From a virus (taxonomy: Duplodnaviria; Caudoviricetes), in the IMG/VR virus record IMGVR_UViG_3300046167_000749, positions 1 through 63,523 of that record: a stretch of 63,523 nt of DNA; one strand, written 5' to 3'. Shown piece by piece: positions 1-11,238 of this stretch. The translations under genes and the position numbers were made by a program. Every line of letters starts with the position of its first letter. Position 1 is the first letter of the stretch. The notes under the pieces were generated by a model that saw only the letters and a list, made by a program, of their open reading frames with translations, ran no database searches and was not told where the DNA came from.

Positions 1-933
1 ATTGGGTCTATAAAAGGTTTTTCGAAGAACCATAGGCGTGATATTGATGGCGAGAAAGGTATGGAATGATGATTATTCGACATATCATGTTCCAATTAAG
101 GAAAATGAACATAACTTACCTCCTGGTTATTATGATCGAATAATGGAGGCAGTAAAAAACTGATCCAATTGAAGAAGCTAGAATGGTAAGAGGGGAGTGG
201 ATAGATCGCCCTGCGGGTGATGCTATATTTGGTCCATACTACAATAAGGCACTACACGAAGTTGGGGATTCAAAAACAGGAATCGTTCCAAATACAGAAT
301 TTCCAATTCTTGTTGGATGGGATCCTGGATCTGTAAATAATGCAGTAATATTTATGCAAGCCCTCCCCGGTAGTGATAGAACCATATGGACGGTGTTTGA
401 TGAGTTTGTAACAATAAACAAAAAACTTCCTTACACCACGATAATACCATTAGTAATGAGAAAAATGGCTTATTGGAATTCGCAAGTGCGAGCACGAGTT
501 TACATTTCAACATGTGTCAGATAATTCTGCATTTAATCAATTTAGGGCTAAAACTGGGTCATATGATGTTAAGGACATCGAGGAAATATATAGATCTAAG
601 GGCAGAGACTTTTGATTTACCAACATTTAAAATGAGGGCGTGTCCAAAATTTCAAGGATCGGTTGAGTCTAGGGTGAGACTTACCATAGGAAAACTTCAA
701 AACGATCAGTTTATCGGTAAGCACTCAATGTACAGCAATAGTTAAGATGTTTAAAAATTTAGTTTCAGAAAAACAGGGAAAATCTTACGATCCAAATATT
801 TCATTCAAACCTAAGAGAAGTGTCTATGTACACCCATTTGATGCAATGTCGTATGTGTTCCTTTATTATGATGCATCATTTTCAACTCCCGCCACTCAAG
901 TGAAAACTGAAATCATGGACATTGGGTGCTTGA
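1..933 (+). CDS. terL: Terminase large subunit, C-terminal (RNase H-like nuclease) part; 5' truncated and split by several indels
   Basis: ORF pieces 183-524, 473-745 and 747-986 carry ILVGWDPGSVNNA (nuclease Asp) and VHPFDAMSY (terminal H-x-x-D-A motif). The gene lies upstream of portal/capsid. Removing one G at ~925 gives a stop at 931-933. Confidence 0.8.
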
Positions 934-967
934 TTTTTGTAACACGAAAACATAAGTTTCAGTTATG
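930..967 (+). promoter_or_regulatory. Sigma70-like promoter with TGTAACACGAA box in spacer, likely leaderless
   Basis: TTGATT (930-935), 17 nt, TAAGTT (953-958); ATG at 965; box at 938-948. Confidence 0.55.
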
Positions 968-1222
968 CATATGGAATCAGTTGTAAATATGGACCTAGAA
1001 ATGTTTCCAGATATACTGGATATGTTGGAAGGTGTTAGTGTGGGTGATGTAGTTAAGATCAGCGGATCGTTCCAGGTTAAGGAACTTACGGATAAAAGAT
1101 TTACAGGATCTTTTGAGGACAAAAAGGGGAATTACCATTACCCCACATGAAGATAAAACAGATACGGACGAAGACAAGACCGAAGAATCCGAAGTCGACG
1201 ACGAAGAGGAAGAAACTGCCGG
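965..1222 (+). CDS. Small acidic hypothetical protein (frameshifted near 1125; end approximate)
   Basis: ORF 965-1150; the alternative frame continues as a D/E-rich tail (EDKTDTDEDKTEESEVDDEEEET). Confidence 0.5.
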
Positions 1223-1514
1223 GTGGAATCCTCCTATACAACGTCTGCTTCTATTGCGATTGATGCTCACTATGAGCAGTTAAACATTAAGAGAAGATGG
1301 AATAAAGATAGGGTAGATAGATTATGCGGGTTTTTAAACATAAACTACGGGGAACTTTCCTCCCCTCGTACACGAGAGGCATACCAACTTCCTCAAAAAA
1401 ATATATTCAACAAAATCGTTCGATGGTCCTCTTGCCCTCTTACTAACTATTTTGGAGCACAGGTATCTAAGTAACTACACTAAAGATACCATCAATAATC
1501 TATTTAAATTTTAA
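1223..1514 (+). CDS. Hypothetical protein, possibly HTH-like (frameshifted near 1362)
   Basis: ORF 1223-1474. The repaired frame reads ...LCGFLNINYGELSSLVHERHTNFLKKIYSTKSFDGPLALLLTILE..., with a stop at 1512-1514. Confidence 0.45.
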
Positions 1515-1518
1515 TAAA

Positions 1519-3803
1519 ATGGTTAATAAGGACATACTAAAAAAATACGGATGCACACCTGAGCGACTACGTGACATTTTTACAGCAAAAGAGGGTGGAG
1601 AAAATTGGGACATAAGAGAAAAGTTTCAAGACCTTATACAGTCTAGGATACTTGAAGGCATTCGTTCGTGCGCGAGTCATGCAAAATTGTATATGTCTGT
1701 AGATATGGCATGGGATTCCATTCCAATTAATAAATCTACAATTCCGTTATTACAGTATGCACAAGGTAAGATTTCAATAGATCAGTGTCACGATAAACTT
1801 CAAGACCTCGAGGTTGCCGATAAATTTTTGTGAATACGGAGATGAGGGTCAGCTTAAAAGCGTAAATGCACTTAGATTATATGAAGTTTCAATTAACTTA
1901 ATTAGATCTTATGTAACTAGAAGGGTTGCCGCACAAAGTCATAGGTTTAGTAACCTTTATCCGTATTTTAAATACGAACCAAGGAGTACACAACTTGCAG
2001 ACAAACTTCGTGCGGATGTATTATCCCAGAGAGTAGAAATGATGGTAGATCAGTTTGGCTACAGACATCAATTTGAGCAAATTATTCGACAGATGTTTAT
2101 GTACGGACATTCTGTTGCTTTTCCAGATGCATCATGGACTGAAGACATTCAATGGAAAATGTCCAAGGATGATATAACGGGCGAAGATAGGATGGAATCT
2201 CATGTTGAGAAAAGCGGAGTTAGATTTGTAACTCCCCACCCAACGCGAGTAATTAGAGACACATCTAAACCTTTGCATGATGTAAATAATAACCATGGTC
2301 CCGAATGGATAGGGTTTTGGGATATAGTAAGATATGGGTGACATTCATAATAATCCAGCAACATGGAATACGGATGAGATTAGCGTAACAAACAGCTTAT
2401 CAAGCCTTTATAAAGAACACTCTGATTTCTTTGGTTACTATTTTGGAGATGATATAGTATTTCCGAAGATAGGGGATCAGTTTTCATTTCAGAACGAAAG
2501 AGTTGCCACGACAGGCTTATACGCATCTGAAGATGACGATAAAGGAATGTTCGTTACTCAAATGTGCATGAAGGTAAACCCAAAAAGAGACGGATTGGGC
2601 GACTACCCTCATGATGTTTGGTTAAAGTTTACAGTAGCTAGTGATCAGACTGTTGTTTACGCGGAATATCTACCTTCACTTCCAGCTATTTACGGTGGTA
2701 TCAATGAGAATGATCGATCGCATGGCGAATATATCAGTAGCTCACGAAATCATGCCGTATCAAGATCAGTTGACCCAACATACTTAGTTCATGCTTGAGC
2801 ACATGAAAATGAGTATGTTTAAGATATTCGCTATAGACCAAGACGCACTTGATGATGATGTTAAGGATTATATTAAAGACGCCACTATCTGAGGACACTT
2901 TCTATTCAAAACCAAAAGCATTATTTTACTCAGGGCAAAAAGCTGCAGCACCTTGGTATTAACTCACAAGACTTTATTAAAGTTGTGGATGTGCAAAAAG
3001 AACTTTCCGCTGGTGTTAACCAGTCTATTCAAGCGATCCTCCAGTTGCTTAATCTCGTCGAGCGTATGCTGATCCTGTCTCCTCAAGAGCTGGGTCAGCC
3101 CGCTCCAAGAGAAATTAGTGCTACGGAAGTTGCTGAGATAAGTAACACAACGAATGCTATCTACTCCTTTATATCAGAAGGGATTGACGACATGAGATCT
3201 GCGATGAAGAAAGTTCTATATGAACATTTAGTCACATGCTCAAATGATAAATTCATTGTACCAATCAAAGGTCGGTATTCAGAAAACATAATTAGAGAAG
3301 CTGGATTTGAGGTTGAAACTTCAGGTGATGAAAAGATGAGTAAAAGGAATGTTATCGGGAATCCACAAACATTGGTTTACGAATATTTATTTGGAGCGAG
3401 AGATGGTGCCGAACGAGCTAGAGATACTCAGTCCGCTCAAACATTAGGTCAAATATTAATGCAACTATTGCAAGTACCAGATATGGCTCAGGCATTAGGT
3501 CGTGAGCGTATATTTGAAATGTTTAATGAGATATTCAGAATGTCAGGTGCGCACGATCTTAAACTTGAAACAGACGAGATGGATCAAGAGCAAGAGTTGC
3601 AAAATGTAGGCAATGACCAATTTATAAGTAAACTTAAAGAGCAATGGCCAGATGTGTTAAAGGCAATACAAGCACTTATCTCTAAGGAAGCGAAAATGGA
3701 AGATTTACAAGAAGGAGAGGTTGCACCAGGAGTATCAGCTCAACCTCAACCCGAACCAAATCAACAAGCAATAACATCACCAGACCAACAAACTAATATA
3801 TGA
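1519..3803 (+). CDS. Portal (head-tail connector) protein, split by indels
   Basis: Consecutive overlapping ORFs 1519-1833, 1814-2341, 2334-2798 and 2985-3803 total ~750 aa. They sit between terminase and scaffold/capsid, carry the podoviral portal-like SATEV motif and end in a Q-rich tail. Confidence 0.75.
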
Positions 3804-5174
3804 GCGAAGAAGTTACAGAAGAGGTAGTCGAGGAGCAAGCTGAACCAAAGGCTTTAGACGCACCTCAGGATAATCCATTATTTAAGACCTTATTTGAAAT
3901 TGAAGAAGATCAACCTTCTGAGGTTTCAGAAGAAGAAAAGGAAAAAGAAGTCACGCCAATGACGCTTAATGAGGCAGTCGATGAACTCGACCAACCTACA
4001 GAACAGGCTGAAGAACCTGTTGAGCAAACGGAGCAAGCTGAAGAAGTTGCTGAAGTTAGCGAGCCAAGTAAGTCAGAGCCGAAAAAGAAAAAACTGCGTA
4101 AAGTTGTTGATCCTGACATACCTGAAGATATTAAACCTCAACTAAACTTATCTGAAGATGAGCCTAAAGAGGAAGAAGATGAATTTTTAAATGAGTTATT
4201 ACCTGAAGAACAAGAAGTGTATAGTCTAGCTAAGTACGCTTCAAAAAATATGGGAGACCAGTACAAGGGATATGATAATAAATTTAAGGATTTCTTTACA
4301 AAGTCTAAAGCATTTTTAGATAAAAAAATTAATGATGATCCTCATTACAGTCCTAGTGAGGATGACGACTACGCTACATTTATTGAGCGTAACCGACCCA
4401 AGTTAACTCAAGTAGATGCAAAGAAGATTGAGCGAAGCATGTGGATTAATGAAGCTAAGAAGGAGGTAAGGAAAGAGCTTGAGCCAGAGACTGAAAAACT
4501 TAGGCAAAAACTTGAGCGTGCAGAAAGAGCACCCGCGGCGAATCAAGCTAAAAGTGCATTTCGAAGTATGGCTCAAAAAGTTGTTATCCCGGAAGAATTT
4601 AGGGAGACATTTGAAAAAGGGTGGAAGTGAAGCCATTGAGAATTTTGCAAAACAAAATCCATTGGAATATCAAATAATGGATAAAGCTTCAAAGAATTTA
4701 CTCTTATACGGAGATACACTCACTGATATATTTTTAAAGACAACGGATCTCAATGAGAGCGATCCTGTTCACAAAGAACTTATAGATTGGGTTAATAAGG
4801 AGCAGGGAGATTTTATTAAATCAGGGCAAACAGAACAGGATGGAAAAATGTTCATGCGAAGAGAAAGATTCTTCAGTCTTCCCGAAAACAGAAGAGCAGA
4901 GTATTATACTTGGTCTGATGACGATTTATTGAAAATACTAGCTCTTAGAACACAAGAGCAAGTTAAGTCTGCATTATCTCAACAGCGTGATATATTAAAA
5001 AATTCAGGTTACATAAAGCAAGAAACTACTCAAGCTTCTACACAAGAGCCACAAGTACAACAAGTTGCAGAAAAACCTCCTGTCGTTAATACTACTCCTA
5101 GACCAGGGAATAATCTAAACCCTAAGACAGCTCCATCAAAAAATAACGCTTTGTTGAATGTGTTGGGTTTTTGA
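3800..5174 (+). CDS. Probable capsid scaffolding protein (frameshift near 4620)
   Basis: ORFs 3800-4630 and 4479-5174; acidic disordered N-terminus and helical core; immediately upstream of the major capsid gene. Confidence 0.65.
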
Positions 5175-5215
5175 TTCCTAAAACATATTTTAGGAAAACC
5201 CTAAAATAATGGGTT
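5175..5215. repeat. Two adjacent inverted repeats after the scaffold gene
   Basis: TTCCTAAAA-CATA-TTTTAGGAA (5175-5196) and AACCC-N9-GGGTT (5197-5215). Confidence 0.5.
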
Positions 5216-5247
5216 AAGTCTTATAAATAGATAATTTCAGGGAAAAT

Positions 5248-5300
5248 CTTCCGTTTTTTGCGGAGGGGTGGTTTTTTTTGATAATATGGTGTTACACGAA
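5248..5300 (+). promoter_or_regulatory. Hairpin plus T-tract (possible terminator) overlapping a likely capsid promoter with an inverted TGTAACAC box
   Basis: CTTCCGT-loop-GCGGAGG, then T8 (5272-5279); TTGCGG...TAATAT; GTGTTACACGAA at 5289-5300. Confidence 0.4.
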
Positions 5301-5329
5301 TTTAAACGTAACTAACAACATATAATATC

Positions 5330-7207
5330 ATGGCAACAAACTCATCTCTTCCAACTCCTGGTGTATCAGGAGCAAATACAGGTCAAATTGGCGAACCTTT
5401 AGTTCGTAACCCAGGTATTGGGCGTATAATCAAAGTAGATGATTCTACTGGTTGCACGCTTACTAATGCTTCAATCAAGGGTCTTACACCTAATGAGTTT
5501 GAGGCTTTGAGTAATAAAGAGATAGATTTGGCTCGCGTGATAGCAAACTCCGCTGAAGCAAATATGCTTGGAGTTCAAGAGCGTGGACTTACCACACTTC
5601 TTAATAGTTCAATTACAAACATTAAACCCCTTATTAATAAGGTAAATGTTGCTGAACAATCCATGATTCTTCCATACATTCAGCGCCGTCAGCGTTCTGT
5701 AATGAATGCGAATTACTTTACTGTTAGTGCAAATACTGCCGCAGACGGAACTTCTGCATCTGATGCAGCATATAATGTAGATGCAGCTGATGACGGAGAT
5801 CGCGTTCTTCGCGTAGACCTTGGAGCATCAGATTGGGCTTCAGGTAGTGTTACTGGAATTGAAAGATATTTCTTACCAGGTGGATTCTTAGTTTTTAATG
5901 GCTGGGATAGCACAGGAGCGGCAGTTGAAGTACAATTTAAAATATTGGGATCAGCTGCAGTTAGTAATGCAATTTCAATGGCTGATGTTACTGTTCGCCC
6001 AATTGGAGCGGATATTAAACAAGCTACTATTTCGAGTGGTCAAGAGTCTAGTGGATTCACTGCATCAAATTGGTCTTCTTATGTTGGTAAGGGTGACTAC
6101 GAGCTTGCCGTAGGTGTTATTCAAACAATTGCTAACAATGTTAATGACTTTGAAGAATGGTGCCGTAACCAACCAACCGACTTGAGCGTCAAGCTGATTG
6201 TCAACTGGTTGCAAACCACTCGTGAGTCTCGTCAAGTAGATGAGTCTTACAAGGAAACACTCGCTAAGGTGATGTCCGGTAAGGTTAATCCTTATCTTAA
6301 ATCCATGGTTTATCAGCCTTTAGCTGAGCAAAACAAAATTGCCGCTAAAGCATCGAATGACCAATGGACAAGAGGTGTTTGGTACAACCAAGCTCTTTCT
6401 GATAAGCAGACCCCTGAGACTTACATGCAATTGCCTGCAGTAACTGACCCAGAGGACAATGCTTGCACATTAGAATATAAATCTAATGCCCTTGGTATTA
6501 AATCCCTACTCCGTGAATCAAACCGTATTAAGGACAACTTGGGTGCCGCTCTTACGATTGATTCACTTATGGCTGATCTTTATTACCTAAAGAGAAATCG
6601 CGAGCAAGATGGTTCATCAGTAAGTGTTATTGACTGCATGACCGATCGCTTTACTTACAATCTCTTTTATGAGAAAATGGCTACCTACTACAAGAACAAG
6701 TACGGCATCGATTCATTCACTCGTAACATGCAGTTGAATCAGCAGATCAAGCATGATGGACTTGTTTTATTTAACTACTCACTCTACGACCTTCCTGAAG
6801 TTGGTTGTCAGTTAGCAGTTTTCCATGATCCATACTTTGATGATCTTCTAAATGTAGGTGGAGCACTCTTTGGTTCAGCTGTTGATCCTAGTGGTGGTAA
6901 GCTCTGGAATGCCGATGGAACTCGTTCATCAACTGATGTAATGGGTGACTCTGCTGGCCAAACTGCATACCAAAAGTCTGCAAGGTGTTTATGGTTTATC
7001 GATTGGTCTGATATTAAGATTGGAATTGCTGGTACGAATGCGATCACACGCAAGCAACCACATCCTGATACAGATCGTCTTTACAAGTGTCGCATGGCTC
7101 ATAAGGAGACTGAGTACTCCCTTCGATCCACTACATGGACAACCATGATGGATGTGCCTGCTCGTCACTTGTTGATTGAGAATTTTGACTTAGATTTAAC
7201 ACTGTAA
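5330..7207 (+). CDS. Major capsid protein
   Basis: 625 aa directly after portal and scaffold. The codon usage looks like that of a highly expressed gene. An N-terminal beta-rich insertion precedes an HK97-like-sized core. Assignment is by synteny. Confidence 0.75.
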   Translation: MATNSSLPTPGVSGANTGQIGEPLVRNPGIGRIIKVDDSTGCTLTNASIKGLTPNEFEALSNKEIDLARVIANSAEANMLGVQERGLTTLLNSSITNIKPLINKVNVAEQSMILPYIQRRQRSVMNANYFTVSANTAADGTSASDAAYNVDAADDGDRVLRVDLGASDWASGSVTGIERYFLPGGFLVFNGWDSTGAAVEVQFKILGSAAVSNAISMADVTVRPIGADIKQATISSGQESSGFTASNWSSYVGKGDYELAVGVIQTIANNVNDFEEWCRNQPTDLSVKLIVNWLQTTRESRQVDESYKETLAKVMSGKVNPYLKSMVYQPLAEQNKIAAKASNDQWTRGVWYNQALSDKQTPETYMQLPAVTDPEDNACTLEYKSNALGIKSLLRESNRIKDNLGAALTIDSLMADLYYLKRNREQDGSSVSVIDCMTDRFTYNLFYEKMATYYKNKYGIDSFTRNMQLNQQIKHDGLVLFNYSLYDLPEVGCQLAVFHDPYFDDLLNVGGALFGSAVDPSGGKLWNADGTRSSTDVMGDSAGQTAYQKSARCLWFIDWSDIKIGIAGTNAITRKQPHPDTDRLYKCRMAHKETEYSLRSTTWTTMMDVPARHLLIENFDLDLTL

Positions 7208-7227
7208 CTTGATGAGTAAAAACTTAT

Positions 7228-7605
7228 ATGAAGTATTTACTTTTTCAAAATCCTCTTAAGGATTACGGTGCTACCTTTGATACAGTATTAGTCGGCGCTC
7301 GCAAACGGGGATTTGGAGCGTATGAGGACAGGGATGCCAAACTTCTTATGAAGTTGGCTCCCGAGAATCATATTTCCGAATTAACTAAAGACCAGTACGA
7401 AGATTTAAAAAAAAAGCTAAGTCGACCGTCGGCATCATACAAGGTTCTGGGGACGGTGGTACAGGATCCCTCAAAAGATCCCAATGCAGTGTATGCAAAA
7501 AAGGAGGAACAGGAGGTCCCGTCTAAAAAGAAGGGTAAACCTGCTAAATCTTTAGTCTCGGTTGGTAAAGCAAAAGTTGAAGATCCGCTAGAAGGGAAAG
7601 AGTAA
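7228..7605 (+). CDS. Hypothetical protein (K-rich C-terminus)
   Basis: 125-aa ORF after the capsid gene. Confidence 0.7.
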   Translation: MKYLLFQNPLKDYGATFDTVLVGARKRGFGAYEDRDAKLLMKLAPENHISELTKDQYEDLKKKLSRPSASYKVLGTVVQDPSKDPNAVYAKKEEQEVPSKKKGKPAKSLVSVGKAKVEDPLEGKE

Positions 7606-7763
7606 TGGATCGCGAGGTCGCCGTGAGCGTCTTGGGAACCATCGGTGCTGTTACCTTGGATAGCGTACATTTAATAGCTGCAAGTATTTGCGCCTTATTA
7701 ACTGCAATTCATGCAGGGTATAGTATATACTTAAAGTATAAAGGAAAGGGTAAGGACAAATGA
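7605..7763 (+). CDS. Small membrane protein, holin-like (52 aa; not in ORF track)
   Basis: MDREVAVSVLGTIGAVTLDSVHLIAASICALLTAIHAGYSIYLKYKGKGKDK: hydrophobic core and basic C-tail; TAATG and ATGA coupling at both ends. Confidence 0.6.
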   Translation: MDREVAVSVLGTIGAVTLDSVHLIAASICALLTAIHAGYSIYLKYKGKGKDK

Positions 7764-8659
7764 GTAACATAGATATTAATAATCCACTCCTTAAGTCTCA
7801 ATCTGATAGTGTGGGCGTTAAGAATAATAGGCTCGTAGTCGATACAAATCCCGAAAACTTTGGAACATTTGCAGTAACTACAAAACCTTGGACGGATAAT
7901 AACATGGCGTCCGATAGAGTTTATCAAACAATACCATATCAAAAAGCTACTAGCTTTAGGATTAATAATCATACTGGCAAAACTATTGGCATAAGGCGAA
8001 GGCATAAAATGGTGGTTGTTGATGACTTTGAGGATCAGGATACTAGTGATTGGAACGGGTCTGTGATTGCAACAAGTAATGACATAGATGGCTTTTATAG
8101 TGGCGTTATAAGCAGTATTGCCCATAAGCCTATAACCACCATTGCTATGCTTGATGATTCTGAGGTTGAGGTTAAGTTTAGAACTCCAAATTCCTATGGA
8201 TCGTTTACTGTTACAATAAAAATATGGGATGATCCGAGTAGAATAGGACTAGGTAGTCCTGCGTCTGTGTATACCGGAACGAACTCAACTTTATCACCAG
8301 GTCAATCATACAAAGTTGTATTTAGGTTGCGACCCACAGAAGCTAAGTCGGATGTCTTTCTTGAGTATGTCGACGGAGAGCGTGAAACAATATTAGATGA
8401 TGCATCTGGTGAGTTTGGTGCAGTCAACATGATAAACTCTGTGATATCTATTGAGAGTACAGATGACCTTACAGTTGACTCTATTATATACCAACAAAAA
8501 GTGGATTACTCCGTTGAGCATATACTTAGTCCAGCATCTGCTACATATCCATGCTATGATAATATTTCAGAGTATGAAGTTATTAATCTTGGTAGCGATC
8601 CAATGAATTATACGGACACAAATGTGCCCGTAACACTAAGTGGATTTTATGCAGTATGA
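7760..8659 (+). CDS. Putative virion structural protein (beta-rich)
   Basis: 299-aa ORF, translationally coupled within the structural operon. Confidence 0.55.
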   Translation: MSNIDINNPLLKSQSDSVGVKNNRLVVDTNPENFGTFAVTTKPWTDNNMASDRVYQTIPYQKATSFRINNHTGKTIGIRRRHKMVVVDDFEDQDTSDWNGSVIATSNDIDGFYSGVISSIAHKPITTIAMLDDSEVEVKFRTPNSYGSFTVTIKIWDDPSRIGLGSPASVYTGTNSTLSPGQSYKVVFRLRPTEAKSDVFLEYVDGERETILDDASGEFGAVNMINSVISIESTDDLTVDSIIYQQKVDYSVEHILSPASATYPCYDNISEYEVINLGSDPMNYTDTNVPVTLSGFYAV

Positions 8660-9405
8660 TTTCCAACTTAAGTCCAGTCCAATCAATCCCGAAGAGTCAA
8701 TGGATTAGTTTTGCTGAAGGTTCTGCATCTGTAGCACCCGTTGCATCGGACTTTCCATTGCAAGTCCTTGGTGCAGATCACAACTTAAATAATATAAGTG
8801 GTGGTGATCCGACTAATGGATTTGATCCATGGGTATCAGACATTCTGGTATATCCGACAAGTGACTATTGGGAAACTTTGCTTAACGGGGATAGGGTAAG
8901 ACCATATATTGATTTAAGTATATCTGAGTATAATACATTAAGGCTACCATCTGCTGTGCATAATTACGATTTATATGCCGACACGGGTAAATTTTATGAA
9001 GATGTTGTAATAGATGGCTCACTTACAATTGGAACTACAACAATTAATGGAAGCAATATAAGTATCTCTGGAGATTTAACTTGCGATAAAGTTATAGCAA
9101 ATACCCTAACAGGTAGTGCAAATACAAAAACCCCGTTGCTTGAAATAACATCTGATGCAACATTTAATAATGATCACACGGGATACATATATCAATGTAA
9201 GCCCTCGAGTAGCAATTTGAATATAACCCTTCCAGCAACTTCAGATATTGGGGTAGCGTTTACAGTCAACAACTGCGTAGCGGGCAAGACCGTGACCTTC
9301 CCCAATTTAATTAATGCAAGGGGAACAGTTTTAGGGGAGCAGTTTTCTGCAGCTACTATTTATTGGGATGGGAGTGCGTGGTATGGCATTGGAGACTTGG
9401 TATGA
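8656..9405 (+). CDS. Putative tail/fibre-like structural protein
   Basis: 249 aa; C-terminus NITLPATS..G..FTV...ATIYWDGSAWYGIGDL is typical of small fibre domains. Confidence 0.6.
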   Translation: MISNLSPVQSIPKSQWISFAEGSASVAPVASDFPLQVLGADHNLNNISGGDPTNGFDPWVSDILVYPTSDYWETLLNGDRVRPYIDLSISEYNTLRLPSAVHNYDLYADTGKFYEDVVIDGSLTIGTTTINGSNISISGDLTCDKVIANTLTGSANTKTPLLEITSDATFNNDHTGYIYQCKPSSSNLNITLPATSDIGVAFTVNNCVAGKTVTFPNLINARGTVLGEQFSAATIYWDGSAWYGIGDLV

Positions 9406-10187
9406 TTTTGGCGCATGGAGGAGTTCAGGGGGATGTCTCAACTGAGAGATTGCCCGCAGATGCAGTACCAGCAGTATTTGCATACTCTTTAAATAGAAAG
9501 CTTAGAAAGTTATATTCAGGAGAGTATTTCCGTTATAGGCAGGCAAGTGGTGGTGAGTTTGATTACCCAAGCAACACACCTAACCTAACTGAAGATGTTT
9601 TCATAACTACTATATATGATCAAGCGGTCGGCTATGGTGTACAACATGCTGTACAAGTCAACCAAAGCTTACAGCCAAAACTTGAATTAGTTGGTTCTAA
9701 CTATCGGGCTGTTTTTAATCAGCAAGAGTATTTGGATGTTCCTAGTTCTGGATCGGGTGTTTCTGAACTTGGTCAAGATTTTACAATAACCGCTATAGGG
9801 GATGGTGGAGACTTTCCGCGCCCAATGATTGGCATTTGGGGAACTACGGATCGCATAACGGTAGAGCCAAGCGACCAAGCTACACGATTTACTTTTAATA
9901 ATAACCTTGGGACAATTTTAGACCAAGACGGCAGGGTTACACAGTGCAGATCGGGTTACGACCCAAAGCAGAATAATCATAGAGTCTTAACTATAAAAAC
10001 AGGTAGTTCCCATGGGCATATAACTACAACCTCACAAACACCCACATTTTCAAACATTTCCATAGGGCGAGAGGATCAAAGGTTATACAAAGGTGCATTC
10101 ACTGAAGTCACAATGCACTTAGGTAACTTAACGGAATTAGGATCAGATCAATTATTTCAAACAACAAGGACATATTATGGCGATTGA
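9402..10187 (+). CDS. Putative structural protein with lectin/LamG-like fold
   Basis: AYSLNRKLRKLYSG and TIYDQ motifs, common in phage ConA-like proteins; ATG at 9402 overlaps the upstream stop. Confidence 0.55.
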   Translation: MILAHGGVQGDVSTERLPADAVPAVFAYSLNRKLRKLYSGEYFRYRQASGGEFDYPSNTPNLTEDVFITTIYDQAVGYGVQHAVQVNQSLQPKLELVGSNYRAVFNQQEYLDVPSSGSGVSELGQDFTITAIGDGGDFPRPMIGIWGTTDRITVEPSDQATRFTFNNNLGTILDQDGRVTQCRSGYDPKQNNHRVLTIKTGSSHGHITTTSQTPTFSNISIGREDQRLYKGAFTEVTMHLGNLTELGSDQLFQTTRTYYGD

Positions 10188-10737
10188 AGAGGTACAATCT
10201 AACGGAGCAGATTATGCTAGCGGGCTACCAAGTTCTCAAAAGGTTATTAGCCTACGCAAGTACACTTCCGACGATCCATTAACTTGGAATCAAAATGATA
10301 ATAATTTTGAAATTCTTAGGGCTACCCTTAATGATGTTATAAGCACGGTCAATGCGATAGATACATCTTCTCTAGTTACGCAAGTTGCATCGCTTGATTC
10401 TAGGCTATCTTCCATCGAGTCCGATAATATAACTAACAAAGCAGACATAAGCAGTCTCAATCAACATATAGCGGAGATAAAGACCGAGCATGTTGCTAGA
10501 ACTTATGTTCGAAATCATGTTTTGATCAAATGGAAAACTACAACAACACAAAGCCAAAAGGACGAAGTGACTACTGCATTAGGCTTAGTATATGATTCGG
10601 ATGTACCATTGACTTCTTTTAAGAAATACTTGCTTCCGCTTGACGGCAGGAGTGATGCTGGAATTGTAGTTCCTATACTTTCTTTACATGAATATGTAGA
10701 TATTGCGGATTATAACGGAACCTCAGCAAGTTATTAA
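10177..10737 (+). CDS. Putative fibre/whisker protein with coiled coil
   Basis: N-terminal LRK...PLTWNQNDNNFEIL module, shared with the gene at 25944. Confidence 0.55.
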   Translation: MAIEEVQSNGADYASGLPSSQKVISLRKYTSDDPLTWNQNDNNFEILRATLNDVISTVNAIDTSSLVTQVASLDSRLSSIESDNITNKADISSLNQHIAEIKTEHVARTYVRNHVLIKWKTTTTQSQKDEVTTALGLVYDSDVPLTSFKKYLLPLDGRSDAGIVVPILSLHEYVDIADYNGTSASY

Positions 10738-10738
10738 T

Positions 10739-10776
10739 TCGACTCCAAGTGTAACACTAATTATACTATAACAATG
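10739..10776 (+). promoter_or_regulatory. Promoter with TGTAACAC box, likely leaderless
   Basis: TCGACT (10739-10744), 17 nt, TATACT (10762-10767); ATG at 10774; box at 10750-10757. Confidence 0.6.
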
Positions 10777-11238
10777 TTTGAGCTACTGACATTATTTTTA
10801 ACCGGAGGAGGTTCAGCAGCTATGGGTAGTATACTAAAGGGTGTGTTTGGAGCCATTACAGACTCACGCCAACAGAAGTATGAAATGGAAATGGCAAGGG
10901 AATGCAGAGCAAATGAACAAGCACTTAAGTTTCAACAATCACTCAATAGTGGCCCTGGTGGTGCGTTCACTCGCGCTACTCGCCGTATGCTCGCTCTTAT
11001 CGGCATGTGTACCTTCTCGTTCGTCACCTGTATTACCACCGTCTACCCAAGCGTTCCACTCCTTACAACTACAAACATTACAGGAGAGGGAAAAAGAGAA
11101 TTTTTATTCGGACTCGTCAGTTTTCCGGCAGAGCAAGCCCCTATGGTCGTTACCACGGGTTCAATAAGTCTTTTTAGCTGTTCTGTGGTATTGCCCATGA
11201 TTATTGGATTTTATTTTACACCAGGAGGCAGAACATGA
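10774..11238 (+). CDS. Holin-like membrane protein (3-TM GTA-holin/DUF3154-like)
   Basis: Amphipathic N-terminus, charged helix, then TRATRRMLA plus a TM segment and a C-terminal IIGFYF TM. Confidence 0.55.
   Translation: MFELLTLFLTGGGSAAMGSILKGVFGAITDSRQQKYEMEMARECRANEQALKFQQSLNSGPGGAFTRATRRMLALIGMCTFSFVTCITTVYPSVPLLTTTNITGEGKREFLFGLVSFPAEQAPMVVTTGSISLFSCSVVLPMIIGFYFTPGGRT

Noticed and set aside
1-5174. Apparent pseudogenisation of terminase, portal and scaffold
   Set aside because: Breaks are mostly single-base indels at short homopolymers, dense near the contig start, and the frames rejoin cleanly. Low-coverage long-read error explains this better than decay or recoding.
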